Under the pieces are notes generated by a model, which ran no database searches, was not told the DNA's origin, and saw only the letters and a program-made list of their open reading frames with translations. From positions 11,222,001 to 11,286,000 of the forward strand of contig OZ024748.1 in NCBI GenBank assembly GCA_964016885.1: DNA of 64,000 bases. The letters are read 5' to 3'. The stretch comes from Eledone cirrhosa. Taxonomy: Eukaryota. Each line of letters opens with the position of its first letter. Position 1 is the first letter of the stretch. The position numbers and the translations under genes were made by a program. This document shows, piece by piece, positions 1 through 23,849 of the stretch.

Positions 1-610
1 TGTGAGGTGTAATAGTAGTTGAGATATGTTTAGTAGTGAGGGATTGTGTGAGGTGTAATTGTAGTTGAGATATGTTTAGTAGTGAGGGATTGTGTGAGGT
101 GTAATTGTAGTTGAGATATGTTTAGTAGTGAGGGATTGTGTGAGGTGTAAGAGTAGCTGAGATATGTTTAGTAGTGAGGGATTGTGTGAGGTGTAATAGT
201 AGTTGAGATATGTTTAGTAGTGAGGGATTGTGTGAGGTGTAATAGTAGTTGACATATGTTTAGTAGTGAGGGATTGTGTGAGGTGTAATAGTAGTTGAGA
301 TATGTTTAGTAGTGAGGGATTGTGTGAGGTGTAATTGTAGTTGAGATATGTTTAGTAGTGAGGGATTGTGTGAGGTGTAATAGTAGTTGAGATATGTTTA
401 GTAGTGAGGGATTGTGTGCGGTGTAATAGTAGTTGAGATATGTTTAGTAGTGGGGGATTGTGTGAGGTGTAATAGTAGCTGAGATATGTTTAGTAGTGAG
501 GGATTGTGTGAGGTGTAATAGTAGTTGAGATATGTTTAGTAGTGATGGATTGTGTGAGGTGTAATAGTAGTTGAGATATGTTTAGTAGTGAGGGATTGTG
601 TGAGGTGTAA
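1..610. repeat. 46-bp minisatellite, ~13 copies (continues from window start)
   Basis: Unit tgtgaggtgtaatagtagttgagatatgtttagtagtgagggattg. Confidence 0.97.
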
Positions 611-689
611 ATACTTTGGTTTCAATTCATTGTCATCCAGCATAAGCATGTTATGTTAGGCTGATTGTTTCAGTTATTTTTCTATATAT

Positions 690-2410
690 CCTATATGACA
701 TATATAGTGTGGCTATAGTAACACTTCTATGACATATATAGTGAGGCTACAGTAATACTTCTATTGCAGATATAGTGTGGCTATAGTAACACTTCTATGA
801 CATATATAGTGTGGCTATAGTAACACTTCTATGACATATATAGTGTGGCTATAGTAACACTTCTATGACATATATAGTGTGGCTATAGTAATACTTCTAT
901 TGCAGATATAGTGTGGCTATAGTAACACTTCTATGACATATATAGTGAGGCTATAGTAATACTTCTATGGCAGATATAGAGTTGTTATAGTAACACTTCT
1001 ATGACATATATAGTGAGGCTATAGTAACACTTCTATGACATATATAGTGAGGCTATAGTAACACTTCTATGACATATATAGTGTGGCTATAGTAATACTT
1101 CTATGACATATATAGTGAGGCTATAGTAACACTTCTATGGCAGATATAGAGTTGTTATAGTAATAATTCTATGGCAGATATAGTGAGGCTATAGTAATAC
1201 TTCTATGACATATATAGTGATGCTATAGTAATAATTCTATGGCAGATATAGAGTGGCTATAGTAATACTTCTATTGCAGATATAGTGTGGTTATAGTAGC
1301 ACTTCTATGACATATATAGTGAGGCTATAGTAATACTTCTATGGCAGATATAGAGTTGTTATAGTAACACTTCTATGTCATATATAGTGAGGCTATAGTA
1401 ACACTTCTATGGCAGATATAGTGAGGCTATAGTAATACTTCTATGACATATATAGTGTGGCTATAGTAATACTTCTATATATCCTGTATGACATATAGTG
1501 TGGCTATAGTAATACTTCTATGGCAGATATAGAGTTGTTATAGTAACACTTCTATGTCATATATAGTGAGGCGATAGTAACACTTCTATGGCAAATATAG
1601 AGTTGTTATAGTAATAATTCTATGGCAGATATAGTGAGGCTATAGTAATACTTCTACGGCATATATAGTGAGGCTATAGTAATACTTCTATGGCAGATAT
1701 AGAGTGGTTATAGTAATACTTCTATGGCAGTATAGAGTGGCTATAGTATACTTCTATGGCAGATATAGTGTGGCTATAGTAATACTTCTATGGCAGATAT
1801 AGTGAGGCTATAGTAACACTTCTATGACATATATAGTGAGGCTATAGTAACACTTCTATGACATATATAGTGAGGCTATAGTAATACTTCTATATATCCT
1901 GTATGACATATAGTGTGGCTATAGTAATACTTCTATGGCAGATATAGTGTGGGCTATAGTAACACTTCTATGACATATATAGTGAGGCTATAGTAACACT
2001 TTTATGACATATATAGTGAGGCTATAGTAATACTTCTATATATCCTGTATGACATATATAGTGAGGCTATAGTAATACTTCTATGACATATATAGTGAGG
2101 CTATAGTAATACTTCTATATATCCTGTATGACATATATAGTGTGGCTATAGTAATACTTCTATGGCAGATATAGTGAGGCTATAGTAATACTTCTATGAC
2201 ATATATAGAGTTCTTATAGTAATACTTCTATGACATATATAGTGTGGCTATAGTAATACTTCTATGGCAGATATAGTGAGGCTATAGTAATACTTCTGTA
2301 TATCCTGTATGACATATATAGAGTTTCTATAGTAGTACTTCTCTATATCCTGTATGTACTTCTATATATCCTGTATGACAGATATAGTGTTACTATAGTA
2401 ATACTTCTCC
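690..2410. repeat. 32-34-bp minisatellite, ~50 copies
   Basis: Unit ctatgacatatatagtgWggctatagtaaYactt with recurring variants. Confidence 0.97.
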
Positions 2411-3310
2411 TTATACACAATCTCTGTTGTGGAGAAACAAATCTCAAGTACAGAGAAATAGAAGTCTTAAGCATTCTGACCACATTCTTTTCAAAGTTAA
2501 CATAGTGAAGGAGGCTTCTAATTGTATAAAACATTACTTATATAAGATAAACATGCCTGTACTCTGCTGATGCATTGCGTATCTTTATCTACTGTGGTCA
2601 CCTCCCAATACATATCAGGAATTCCACTTTATATATATATATACATATATAAATATAATTTCAGTGAGATTGAATTTCGGTAGTGGTTGAAAACAAAGCG
2701 AAACGCAATTTCCGAGATATGCGGCAAGCGCTCCATGGACTAAAAAAAGACCAGAGCAATAAACATAGGTTATAGAGGCCAAACAAACTGAGAATGGCAT
2801 TCAAGAAGCCATCAGCCACCTAAGCCAAAAAAACGAAGCAAGCTAAACAGGTCAAACAAAATAATTTACCTGGAATTGATGGTATAATCCAGTAAAGGGT
2901 TTCTGCGACACCTAAGTCAATTATACTGCCTGCTTACATATTAAGCTTTTGGTATAATGATCGAACAAGGCTGCCACTTTGTCAACAGGTATTTTGTTCT
3001 CAGCCAGCGAGCGGGATCTCGGCAGTAGTAATGTGTAGTAGTGATAACCGCACGTGTATTACCCTGCAAGGGAGGTAACCCCAGTTTTTGGCGGAATGAA
3101 TTCAGCATGTGTAAAATTAATGCAAGAACTGCAAAAACTGCACAAATCGAATTAAGCTCTCGACCGGGTTGTTTTTAAAATAAACTTAAGCAATTAATCA
3201 GTCAATAGAATTATCTAATAGAATTAACTAGTTAATTGCTATGGCTGGTAGATTAATAAAAATATAATTTCAGCGAGATATGCATATCATGAAAAATTAT
3301 ACATCTCATG

Positions 3311-3382
3311 TATTTTGTCTGAAGAGGACATGTTCTGGTTTAAGTTATACATAAAACTTTACATCTTCGAAATATATATAAT
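3311..3382 (+). ncRNA. Minimal type I hammerhead motif, family A (3' arm of stem I cut off by adjacent SINE)
   Basis: tattttgt-CTGAAGA(3319)-ggacatgt...acatcttc-GAAA(3369)-tatat-ATA; SINE sequence begins right after. Confidence 0.6.
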
Positions 3383-3568
3383 TGTTTCTACTTTTGGCAC
3401 AAGGCCAGCAATTACCCAGTGCATTACTGGTACTTTATTTTATCGACCCCGTAAGGATGAAAGGCAAAGTCAACCTCGGCGGGATTTGAACTCAGATCAT
3501 AAAGGGACGTAACTATGCTGGAAAGCATGGCGTCCGACCCTCCACCGATACTGCCAATCCACCGCCTG
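3380..3568 (-). mobile_element. SINE family 2 (tRNA-like head, gcctttcatccttacggggtcgataaaat core, (ATT)n tail)
   Basis: B box GAGTTCAAATCCC; other copies at ~3613-3740(+), 9560-9770(-), 28785-28965(+), 29697-29896(+), 62585-62767(-), 62777-62890(-). Confidence 0.8.
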
Positions 3569-3713
3569 AAATATATATAATGAAATAAATACAGATAATT
3601 TATTATTATTATCCCACCGAGGTTAACTTTGCCTTCTATCCTTACGGGGTCGATAGAATAAAGTACCAGTAATGCACTGGGTAATTGCTGGCCTTGTACC
3701 AAAAGTAGAAAAA

Positions 3714-3748
<35 letters not shown>

Positions 3749-3914
3749 CAATATCATCATCATCATCATCATCATCGTTTAACGTCTATCTTCCACGCTA
3801 GCATGGGTTTAGACGGGAATTGTCCCACGTGAAGCAAGATTGGTCCTCTCGCTCGTATAGGACTGTCTGGCGGGTTTTCTATGGCTGGATGCCCTTCCTA
3901 CACCAACCACGTTT

Positions 3915-3982
<68 letters not shown>

Positions 3983-4021
3983 TAAATAATAATAAATGAA
4001 GACATTCACATAATCAAAATA

Positions 4022-4091
4022 TATGTTTTATTATATATATTTCGAAGGTACTGTGCTGTTTTTTCAGTATGTCCTCGTCAGATAAAATACA
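4022..4091 (-). ncRNA. Minimal type I hammerhead ribozyme, family A
   Basis: Minus strand: gtattttat-CTGACGA-GGAcaTACTG(aaaaaacagca)CAGTAccTTC-GAAA-tatat-ATA/ataaaacat. Stems I and II pair; stem III AUAUAUAU is palindromic. Confidence 0.85.
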
Positions 4092-4162
4092 TGAATTGAT
4101 GTATGATATACCTCAACGGTCTTGATAGTTCAATTCCAGTATTGGAAGTATATATACTTTGT

Positions 4163-4375
4163 GAAGATGTATGGCTTAGTGGTTAGAGAATTGGATTCAC
4201 AATCGTGAGGTTGTGATTTCGATGCGTTATGTCCTTGAGCAAGACACTTTATTTCACATTTGCTCCTTCTGCCTGGATTTGTAACCAACAGATAGTATAA
4301 GCAATTAGAAAGACCAATAGAAACATTGTTTCCTCAGTCCGACTTGACGAGCTCTACCCTACTTGTTAAGAGAAT
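4163..4375 (+). mobile_element. tRNA-derived SINE family 3; other copies ~37750-37885(-) and ~53907-54140(+)
   Basis: A box TGGCTTAGTGG, gtccttgagcaagacac body, distinct 3' part gaaagaccaatRgaaacattgtttcctcagtccga. Confidence 0.7.
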
Positions 4376-4625
4376 AAGGTTTGGGATCTTGTCAATCGAT
4401 TGTCAATATATACGGTCAATCGATTGTCAATATATAAGATTTCTTATCTGAAAACGTGTGTTGAAACAGATATTGCTATATTTTGGGAGGGTCATGTTGC
4501 CAATAAAAACACACGCACCTGTTGGTTTTCACTTCAAATTATTATAAATTTCCAGGTGGTTGGTTCATGTTTCCATTGGTCTTTCCAATTGCTAATACTA
4601 TCTGTCGATTGCAACTCCAGGTGTG

Positions 4626-4665
<40 letters not shown>

Positions 4666-4863
4666 TATGTGAAGTAATTCCGTCGGAAAAGTCCAGGAAA
4701 AAAGAGTGCTCTATGTAGGTAACAGAGCTTAATAGTTATGTAATAAACAACATAAGGCAATAATTTCATTTACCAGTGGTTTCTTAAAAGCAAACAAATT
4801 TTGCTTTCAATCATCAGAATGAAAAAATCCTGGTGTATTTATTGGCGTTGGATTTTAAAAACT

Positions 4864-5240
4864 TTCTCCCACCTCTCTCCCTGCTTTCTCCTCCACCTCA
4901 CTCGCCCTGCTTTCTCCTCCTCCCTCTCTTTCTCTCTCTGCTTTCTCCTCCTCTCTCTCCCTGCTTTCCCATCCTTTCTCTCTTTCTCTCCCTGCTTTCT
5001 CCCATCTTTTGCTCCCAGCTTTCTTCCCCCTCTCTCTCCCTGCTTTCTCTCACCCTCCTTTTGCTCCCTGCTTTGCCCCTCTCTCTCCATGCTCTACCTC
5101 TCTCCCTGACCCCCTCTCTCTCCTCGCTCTACCTCTCTCCCTGACCCCTTCTCTGTAGCCCTCTCCAGCCCTCACTCTCCCTGCACACACCCTCTCTCTA
5201 CTTCTCCATCTCTCTATCTCCCTGTTTTCTCTTTTCCTTA
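4864..5240. repeat. CT-rich low-complexity tract
   Basis: Repeated ctctccctgctttct. Confidence 0.85.
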
Positions 5241-5561
5241 CACACTTTAGAAATCTGGGATTGGCATATCCCACCAACAGCTGTAATATAATGATATTAC
5301 TTCAGAAGTGAAAACAAGCAGGAAGTTGACTTGATTTTAGACAAATGACCTGAGTGTTTAGTTGGTATAACTGAGAACACTGAGGAAAACGATGTTTGTA
5401 TGGTGGATTGTGATGATGGTAATGATGATGATATTAATGATAGTGATGAGGGTGATGATGGTGATGTAAGTGATGATGGCGATGATGATGGTGATGATGT
5501 TGATGTTAATGATTATGGAGACTTTGATGATGCTAATGATGGTTGTTGTAGTAGAGGTGAA

Positions 5562-5612
<51 letters not shown>

Positions 5613-6259
5613 CGAAGGAAATGTGGTAAGAAACCAGATGGACCATAACGCACCAAAGTACTCAATACTTAGGGTAGTAGAGTGGGTAATAGGAACGAGT
5701 AGGACCTCGACGGCTGAGCTCAAGCCGTTCCGACGGACGGCTAATTCTGGACAGAATTAGCTGTCGAAACGGCTTGAGCTCAGCCGTCGGGGTCCTACTC
5801 GTTCCTATATATATATATATATACCGTGACTAGTGGAAAGATGCTGTGCTGAATAGGACCCGTCCCACCCTTGAAAGCAAGGAAAAGCAGATGTAAGATG
5901 ATGATGATGATGATATATATGTGTGTGTGTGTTTTTTCACACACACACATATATATGTATATTAATAAATATAGTGTTAAAAAATGAAAGAATGCAAAAA
6001 AACAAGGTTAAATAGTTAATTAATCCATTGTTTTATGATTCATACGAGTATATACATGTATGTATACATGTATGTATACATGTATGTATGCATGTATGTA
6101 TACATGTATGTATACATGTATGTATGCATGTATGTATGCACAGTTTTTCCTCACTTTAAAAAATATCTTCACGCACAGGCATTGCACGATAGAATTAATT
6201 AATAATTATTAATAATGGTAAATCGTGCAAGGGCCATACTCGATAACGAGGGGGCAGCC

Positions 6260-6295
<36 letters not shown>

Positions 6296-6299
<4 letters not shown>

Positions 6300-6640
6300 A
6301 AAGGTAAACAGAAATAACAACACAATCGGTACAGTATATGGAAGGGATATATTAGGTTAATGCTTGATATAGCAGGAAGAGGGTCTTAACATTTTGGACA
6401 CTAGTCCTTCATCAGAAGAAAGAATGAGAAATAAGATAGATTGAGGGGACGGACGGGTTGGAATTGGAAAAAATCTCTTTAGATAAAAATAACAGATCCA
6501 TTCATGTTGACATCTCTTGCAAAACTGTTGATGCTGGTGTTTTGTGTATGATTTATTTTTTAGAAAAGTGGATGATGGAGCATGTCTACCTGAAATGGAA
6601 AAAAAAAACTGTTTTGTAAAAAGAGCTATACTTGTGCACA
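6296..6640 (-). mobile_element. Dispersed repeat with decayed hammerhead-like motif (family E); other copies ~27492-27720 and ~33552-33835
   Basis: Shared gtaaaaggtaaacagaaataacaacacaatcg... sequence in 3 places; minus strand reads YTGATGA-A-GGAC(tagc)GTCY-(G/A)AAA-cgtt. Confidence 0.65.
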
Positions 6641-6691
6641 TATATATATACACACACACACACACATATATATATATACACACACACATAT

Positions 6692-7035
6692 GGAGGCACA
6701 TGGCTTAGTGGTTAGAGCATTGGCCTTGCAATTGAAAGGTTGTGAGTTCAATTCTCAGACCGGGTGATGTGGTGTTTCCTTGAGCAAGACACTTTATTTC
6801 ACATTGCTCCAGTTTACTCAGCTGTAGAAATGAGATGATAGGGACTGAGGTCCATATCATTCCACTGCAAAGTGGTCGTGGAGGTGCCACGGCAAAAAAG
6901 CACCCTGCACTCACTGTAAATGAGGTTGGTGTTAGGAAGGGCATCCAGCTGTAGAAATCAAGCCAGAATCAGTTCCCGTCCCACCCTTGCAAGCAGGGAA
7001 AAGCGGACGTAAAAATGAAATGATGAAATGATGAT
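6692..7035 (+). mobile_element. tRNA-derived SINE with RTE-type 3' tail
   Basis: A box TGGCTTAGTGG, B box GAGTTCAATTC, body ccttgagcaagacacttta...ggaagggcatccagctgtagaaa, tail cccacccttgcaagcagggaaaagcggacgtaaaa(tga)n. Confidence 0.85.
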
Positions 7036-7071
7036 ATATATATAGGCATACACACACACATACATATATGT

Positions 7072-7340
7072 AGAAGTTCTATTTAAATTGTTGGGATACA
7101 ACAAGCAAATATTTTTATAACTGATATAAAGCACTCAACAAATTATTGGAGTAAAAATACGATATATTAACAAATGGAAACTATATTTATAAAACCATAT
7201 TTATTTCATTATACATATTTCAAGGACACCAAGTCAAATTATGGTGCGCTTTCATCAGATAAAATATAATATAGATCAGTTTTATAAATAAATATTGACA
7301 TACCCTTAAAGAATGCGACCATTTCTGTTGGAAGCTCCCG
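7072..7340 (-). mobile_element. Hammerhead-bearing dispersed repeat (Penelope pLTR-like), family A long copy
   Basis: Near-colinear with 59205-59465 (aagttctatttaaattgttgggatacaacaagc...gacataccc...ggaag); partial copy at ~48195-48327; sits next to AT/GT microsatellite. Confidence 0.7.
7202..7267 (-). ncRNA. Minimal type I hammerhead ribozyme, family A
   Basis: Minus strand: tattttat-CTGATGA-AAGcGCACCA(taatttgact)TGGTGTcCTT-GAAA-tatgt-ATA/atgaaata. Confidence 0.85.
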
Positions 7341-7491
7341 GATAATGGGGTTATTAAATTTATTTAGTCTATTATGCAAATTAGTGTCGGATATGTTTAA
7401 ATCACAGTAGATTTAAAATAGGCTGTTGTATATATATATATATTGTATATATATATGTATATATATATATACACATACATACATATATATA

Positions 7492-7886
7492 TCATCATCA
7501 TCATCATCATTTTACGTCCGCTTTTCCCTGCTTGCAAGGGTGGGACGGGTCTTATTCAGCACAGCATCTCTCCACTCGTCATGGTCCCTCGTCATCTCTA
7601 CCATGAACTTCAATGATCTGAGGTCTGTTCTCACCACCTCCGCCCATGTTTTTCGTGGTCTACCTCTACCACGTCTTCCTTCAACTGGCATTTCCTGGCA
7701 CTTCTTCACCCATCGGTCATCCTCGATGTACATCACATGTCCATACCACCTCAGTCTCCTCTCCCGTACACTACATTCTATCCCTTTCAGACACAGTTTC
7801 TCTCTCAACACATTTATGCTGGGTCGTTCACGCACATTTACACTGCACATCCAACGGAGCATGCTTGCCTCATTTCTCTCCAGCCG
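7492..7886 (-). mobile_element. 5'-truncated RTE-clade LINE, 3' end
   Basis: MLRWMC...LREKL...VRERRLRWYGHV...GRRGRGRPRKTWAEVVRTDL...WRDAV, typical RTE ORF C-terminus, followed by a (TGA)n tail. Confidence 0.88.
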
Positions 7887-8605
7887 TATGTATATATATA
7901 TATATATGTATATATATATAATAATGATAATAAAAGGGACGATTTGTTATGTCTTCAATACGTATATTATATAGTGTTGGTAACTAAGTGTTAGTGTTGG
8001 TAACTAAGACTGCACCAATGTTTATATAAATATACATATTTTTAATATGTTGAGATGTAATCATGTCAGAAAATACGAATTTTCCTGTAAATTACAAAAA
8101 AAAAAAAAATGATAAACACCTTTAATTGATTTTCGGACCTATTTGGGCCTTCACCAGGTGTGCATATCATCCAATCAACCGCAAGGAGACATGTATTTGA
8201 TGTACTTATATACCCACACATATCAGAGAGAGAGTCTTATAGTGTGAATAGAGCACGTGGAAAAAAAAAGGTAATCAGTTGAGACCGTTCTGGCAATGTC
8301 ATGTCCGAAATAATTTCCTGTTGTGGTGTCAAGATGTTGAGAAAAATCAGGGGAGAGAACTCTAACAGCCTTACGTGATCCATGACAATGGAGTAGGTGC
8401 GTACCTTTTCTGTAAGGCAACTACACGCACACACACACACACCACATATATATATATATGTGTATATATGTATGTATTTATGTATGTATGTATACACACA
8501 CACACACATATATATATATAGTTAAATCTTAGACTGGAACAAAAACAGAGAGGCAGTACAAATATGAGTTTCTTAGGTTCACGCTTTATATATATATATA
8601 TATAA

Positions 8606-8678
<73 letters not shown>

Positions 8679-9239
8679 TATATATATATATATATACATA
8701 CAGTATGTACCAAAAAATGTATACACACTTCAACTGTATTCTAATAAATATTGCCTGTACAGGTAATCAATTTTTGGGGACAGCCTGTTTACACACACAC
8801 ACACGCACACACACACACACACATATATATATATAAAATTGTTCCCTGAAGACGTCGTGTCATAGTTATGAAATAGTATCCTTGCGTAATAACACCTGAC
8901 ACCACTAAAATACGTATAACAGCAATTTACCTAATAAATTGAATTATGGAAAACTTTTAGTATATTATATATATACTTGTTTTTTTTAAAGGAGAGTTGA
9001 ACGAATTATGAATTTCGAATGAGTGTTAGCTTCAAATTAACTGTTTCAATCCAGGTCTTTAACCGAAAGGTAGTCCCAGTTGGGTATATTAGCCCCTTAG
9101 AAACTAAAAAAAAAGAGGGGGGGGGGGGGCAGAATTGCATGCAGGACTTCACTTTTTTCCGTATCTATGGACTTATATGTCAAAATATGCGCTTAACCTA
9201 TTATACCCCCCCCCTCTCTCTCTCTCTCTATATATATAT

Positions 9240-10794
9240 AATCGGTACTTCAGCGTCAAAAGTAAGCCGAAGAACACAATCGTACTCTCTGACAAGACAC
9301 ACGGTGTAGAAAGTCAGAATTACTTTACTACTTTCCTGAGAAACGGAATTGGTTAGAGAGAGAGAGAGATGATTTAGGCGACAGGCTAGCGTGACTTTGT
9401 ACACAAGTAAACTCCGAGTACAAACTCATAGCTACACTGAACCGTAACATGCTTCTCTCTCTCTCTCTCTGTCTGTCTTGAGTTGTTTACACCGATTGGT
9501 TTTGAGGATAATTCCTAGAAAGCTAACCCTACCAAACCATAGTTTGCAATATACATATTTGTTTCTGATTTAGGCACAAGGCCAGCAATTTAAAGGGTAG
9601 GAGAAAGTCGATTAAATCGACCCCAGTACATTACTGGTGCTTTATTTTATCGACCCTGTATAGATGAAAGGCAAAGCTAACCTTGGCAGGATTTGAACCC
9701 AGAACATAAAGGACTGCGGACTGCAACTCTATGCTGCAAAGCATATTGTCTGGCGCTCTACCGAGTCTACCAAACCATAGTTTGCAATATACATATTATT
9801 TATTATTAAGGCCTTTGATGCTGCTGCTGCCGTAGTGATGGTGTGACGACGACGACGACGAGATGGGACTGGTTAACAATAACAGAAGAGAAAACTAGTA
9901 GTATATGCTGAATGGCAGCTGACATTATACTCGCCAGCATCGGAGTACAAATGAGGGAGAGATAGGCAGACATAGAAAAACAGCGAGTGAGGGAGAAGGA
10001 GAGGATTTTTTTTACGAAACAAATCACGTTCCACTCTAGTTTTTTCCTTTCTTTTTTTTGAAACTACATTAAGGAGTCTCTTCTTTCCACTAAAAAAAAA
10101 AAAAAAAAAAAATTACATCGTCCCAATCGGATATTTCGGCGGCTAGAAGTGAATTGTGAGTGCGTGTATATATATATTAAATGGAGAATTCGTACAACAC
10201 ACCAAAGCAACAATTTAGTGTATGTGAGTGTGCACGCACTTGTGTATTTGTGAGATATAGGTAGAGAGAGAGAGAGTGGGAGAGACTGATAAGCAAGAAA
10301 GGCGGCCAGTAGTCTGTTTTTTTTTTCCTTTCCTCCAGCCCGCTAACAACGGTCTTTTGTTGTCGTCTTGTGTTCTTGTTTGTAAGATATTGTTTCTGAT
10401 TTTCATATTATTTTTATCTTACAATTTATTTTATATCTGTTATTATGGGGGGGTTTAGACTTCATGTCGTCCTTTTCGCTTTACTGATGGAAGTATTTTC
10501 TTCTTTGGTGCTGTTATGATGCTGCTATAAAAATGCACAGCCTCTAGGCAAATTAGAAACTCTTTACCTGTTGCTCCATTCACACAGACACTCGTACGTA
10601 CATACATCAATATACATACCGCAGAGAGGGGGGTGAACGCACAGTTTTGTTTGATTTATGATATATCAACCTTAACAAAGCTTTTACATACAAACATATA
10701 TTCATACACACACACATAGACACACACACATATATATATATACGCATACATTTTTTTTTCAACAAACAGCATCAACGAACATAGCAAGTGCTTG

Positions 10795-10841
<47 letters not shown>

Positions 10842-11036
10842 GTAATTAGTAAAATCCCAACGCCTGGATGTATGCTTCAAGCTTGGATGTTCTGGAAGTA
10901 TCTGACATTGAAAAGATTAATAAGAACTCATGTAAAATTGTATCAAAACAAGTTTCAAATAATCCGAAGAAAGAAGAAATCATACGAAGTTTGAACAAAA
11001 AAAAAAAAAAAAAACGCTTCTTATAGCTAGCCAAAG
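9240..11036 (+). promoter_or_regulatory. Probable promoter / 5' UTR region of PLC-gamma
   Basis: Largely unique, CpG-retaining sequence directly upstream of the ATG exon, with CCAAT-type sites (ccgattgg ~9492, cccaatcgg ~10122). TSS cannot be placed. Confidence 0.4.
9560..9770 (-). mobile_element. SINE family 2 copy flanked by a 31-bp direct repeat
   Basis: ctaccaaaccatagtttgcaatatacatatt at 9529-9559 and 9767-9797. Confidence 0.8.
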
Positions 11037-11232
11037 ATGGCTGGTATTACTCTTAATATGCCCAATGGAATGGGAAACGATATCAATACAGTTCTTCGGG
11101 ACTTGGAACGTGGATTAGTTGTCGGTTTATTCTTCCCAAGGAAGAAACCCGAGAAGCGAACCTTGAGTGTAAGACTGGAAACCCGTCAATTAATTTGGGT
11201 TAAAACTTTGGGCAGCCGACCCGAAGGAACAG
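11037..11232 (+). CDS. PLCG: First coding exon of phospholipase C-gamma (start of N-terminal PH domain)
   Basis: MAGITLNMPNGMGNDINTVLRDLERGLVVGLFFPRKKPEKRTLSVRLETRQLIWVKTLGSRPEGT matches the PLC-gamma N-terminus as I recall it (LE.G.V..LF...K.PER.T..V.LETRQ..W...G...EG). ATG context aagATGG; donor AG|GTAAGT at 11233, phase 1. Confidence 0.92.
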
Positions 11233-11632
11233 GTAAGTTTTTTTAATTATTACTTTTTTTTTTATCTCGGATTATCCAAATCTTAATTTGTTAAATTAAT
11301 TTGAAAGAGCCACAAAGCTTTCTTCAATCTTGTTTCTTCCAATGATTACATATTTGGCCCTCAATTACGGTCCAATATCCCATGCTATAATTCATGCTGG
11401 TTCTTTTAGGACTGTTTATGTATATGTATAAATGGTATAATATATATATTTGTGTGTATATATATGTGTGTGTATCATCTATAGATAAATATGTGTGTGT
11501 ATATATATATATTTGTGTATGTATGTATTGAATGTGCGTGTGTGTATATATATAGTGATATTTATATAGATATATAGTGATATTTAGATATGGATATATA
11601 GATATTTGTGTGTATATATACATTTGTGTATG

Positions 11633-11672
<40 letters not shown>

Positions 11673-11807
11673 GTGTGTGTGCGCGCGTATGTATCTTTAT
11701 ATATGTTTGTGTGTGTGCGCGCGCGTATGTATCTTTATATATGTTTGTGTGTGAATGTGACAATATATTTACGGATATTCACACAGGCATATGCCTGTAC
11801 GAATATC

Positions 11808-11842
<35 letters not shown>

Positions 11843-12379
11843 CATGTGCGTTACGACAATGTTTGTATATTTGTTTCTATTTCTAAGTTTAATTATGTCT
11901 GGTGTGTATACGTATGCATATGTGTCTGTCTTTATCATCATCATCATCATTTAACGTCCGCTAAATGATGTATGATTTCTTCACACGCCTTATACATATA
12001 TGCTATATATATATATTATATATATGTATGTATCTAATTGACGGCCGTGAGAACAGAGTACTCAATACCGAAGTTGAGTTTAAATATTTATTATATCTCA
12101 ATTAACGTCCGATATCCCGTATTTTAGTCGATTTCCTCAACTATTATTATTAATAGTGATCAAATATTGTCATAGTTATTTACGTTGTGACGATTTCATT
12201 TCAAATTTTCCCAATGTTTCTTGTCAACCGGATGTTCAGACACACACACACACACACTGTATATCTATATATATTTATACTTGTGTGTGTGTGCGTGTGT
12301 ATACATATATATGGTGAGAGAGAGAGAGAGAGACGTATACACAACTATGATTGTATGTGTGTATGCATAGATGTATAAA

Positions 12380-23705
<11,326 letters not shown>

Positions 23706-23849
23706 ATAAGTGTCGTACAAATACATTAGAAATAGACTTTGTTGAAATGTTGGGAAGCCTCACAAAGTAGTTGATAGCTTGTGTTACTTAGATGACTTAA
23801 TAATGAGCAATGGAGGTACATATAAGGGATTCTCTCTCTGAGTGTGATG

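Noticed and set aside
2343-2800. Short minus-strand ORFs as a neighbouring gene
   Set aside because: No recognisable homology; they run into minisatellite or AT repeats.
5400-5560. Asp-rich ORF
   Set aside because: (GAT)n microsatellite.
6692-6770. tRNA gene
   Set aside because: A and B boxes are SINE heads followed by SINE body; no complete cloverleaf.
8845-8880. CTGAAGA...GAAATAGTA hammerhead-like string
   Set aside because: Stem I and stem II do not pair convincingly.
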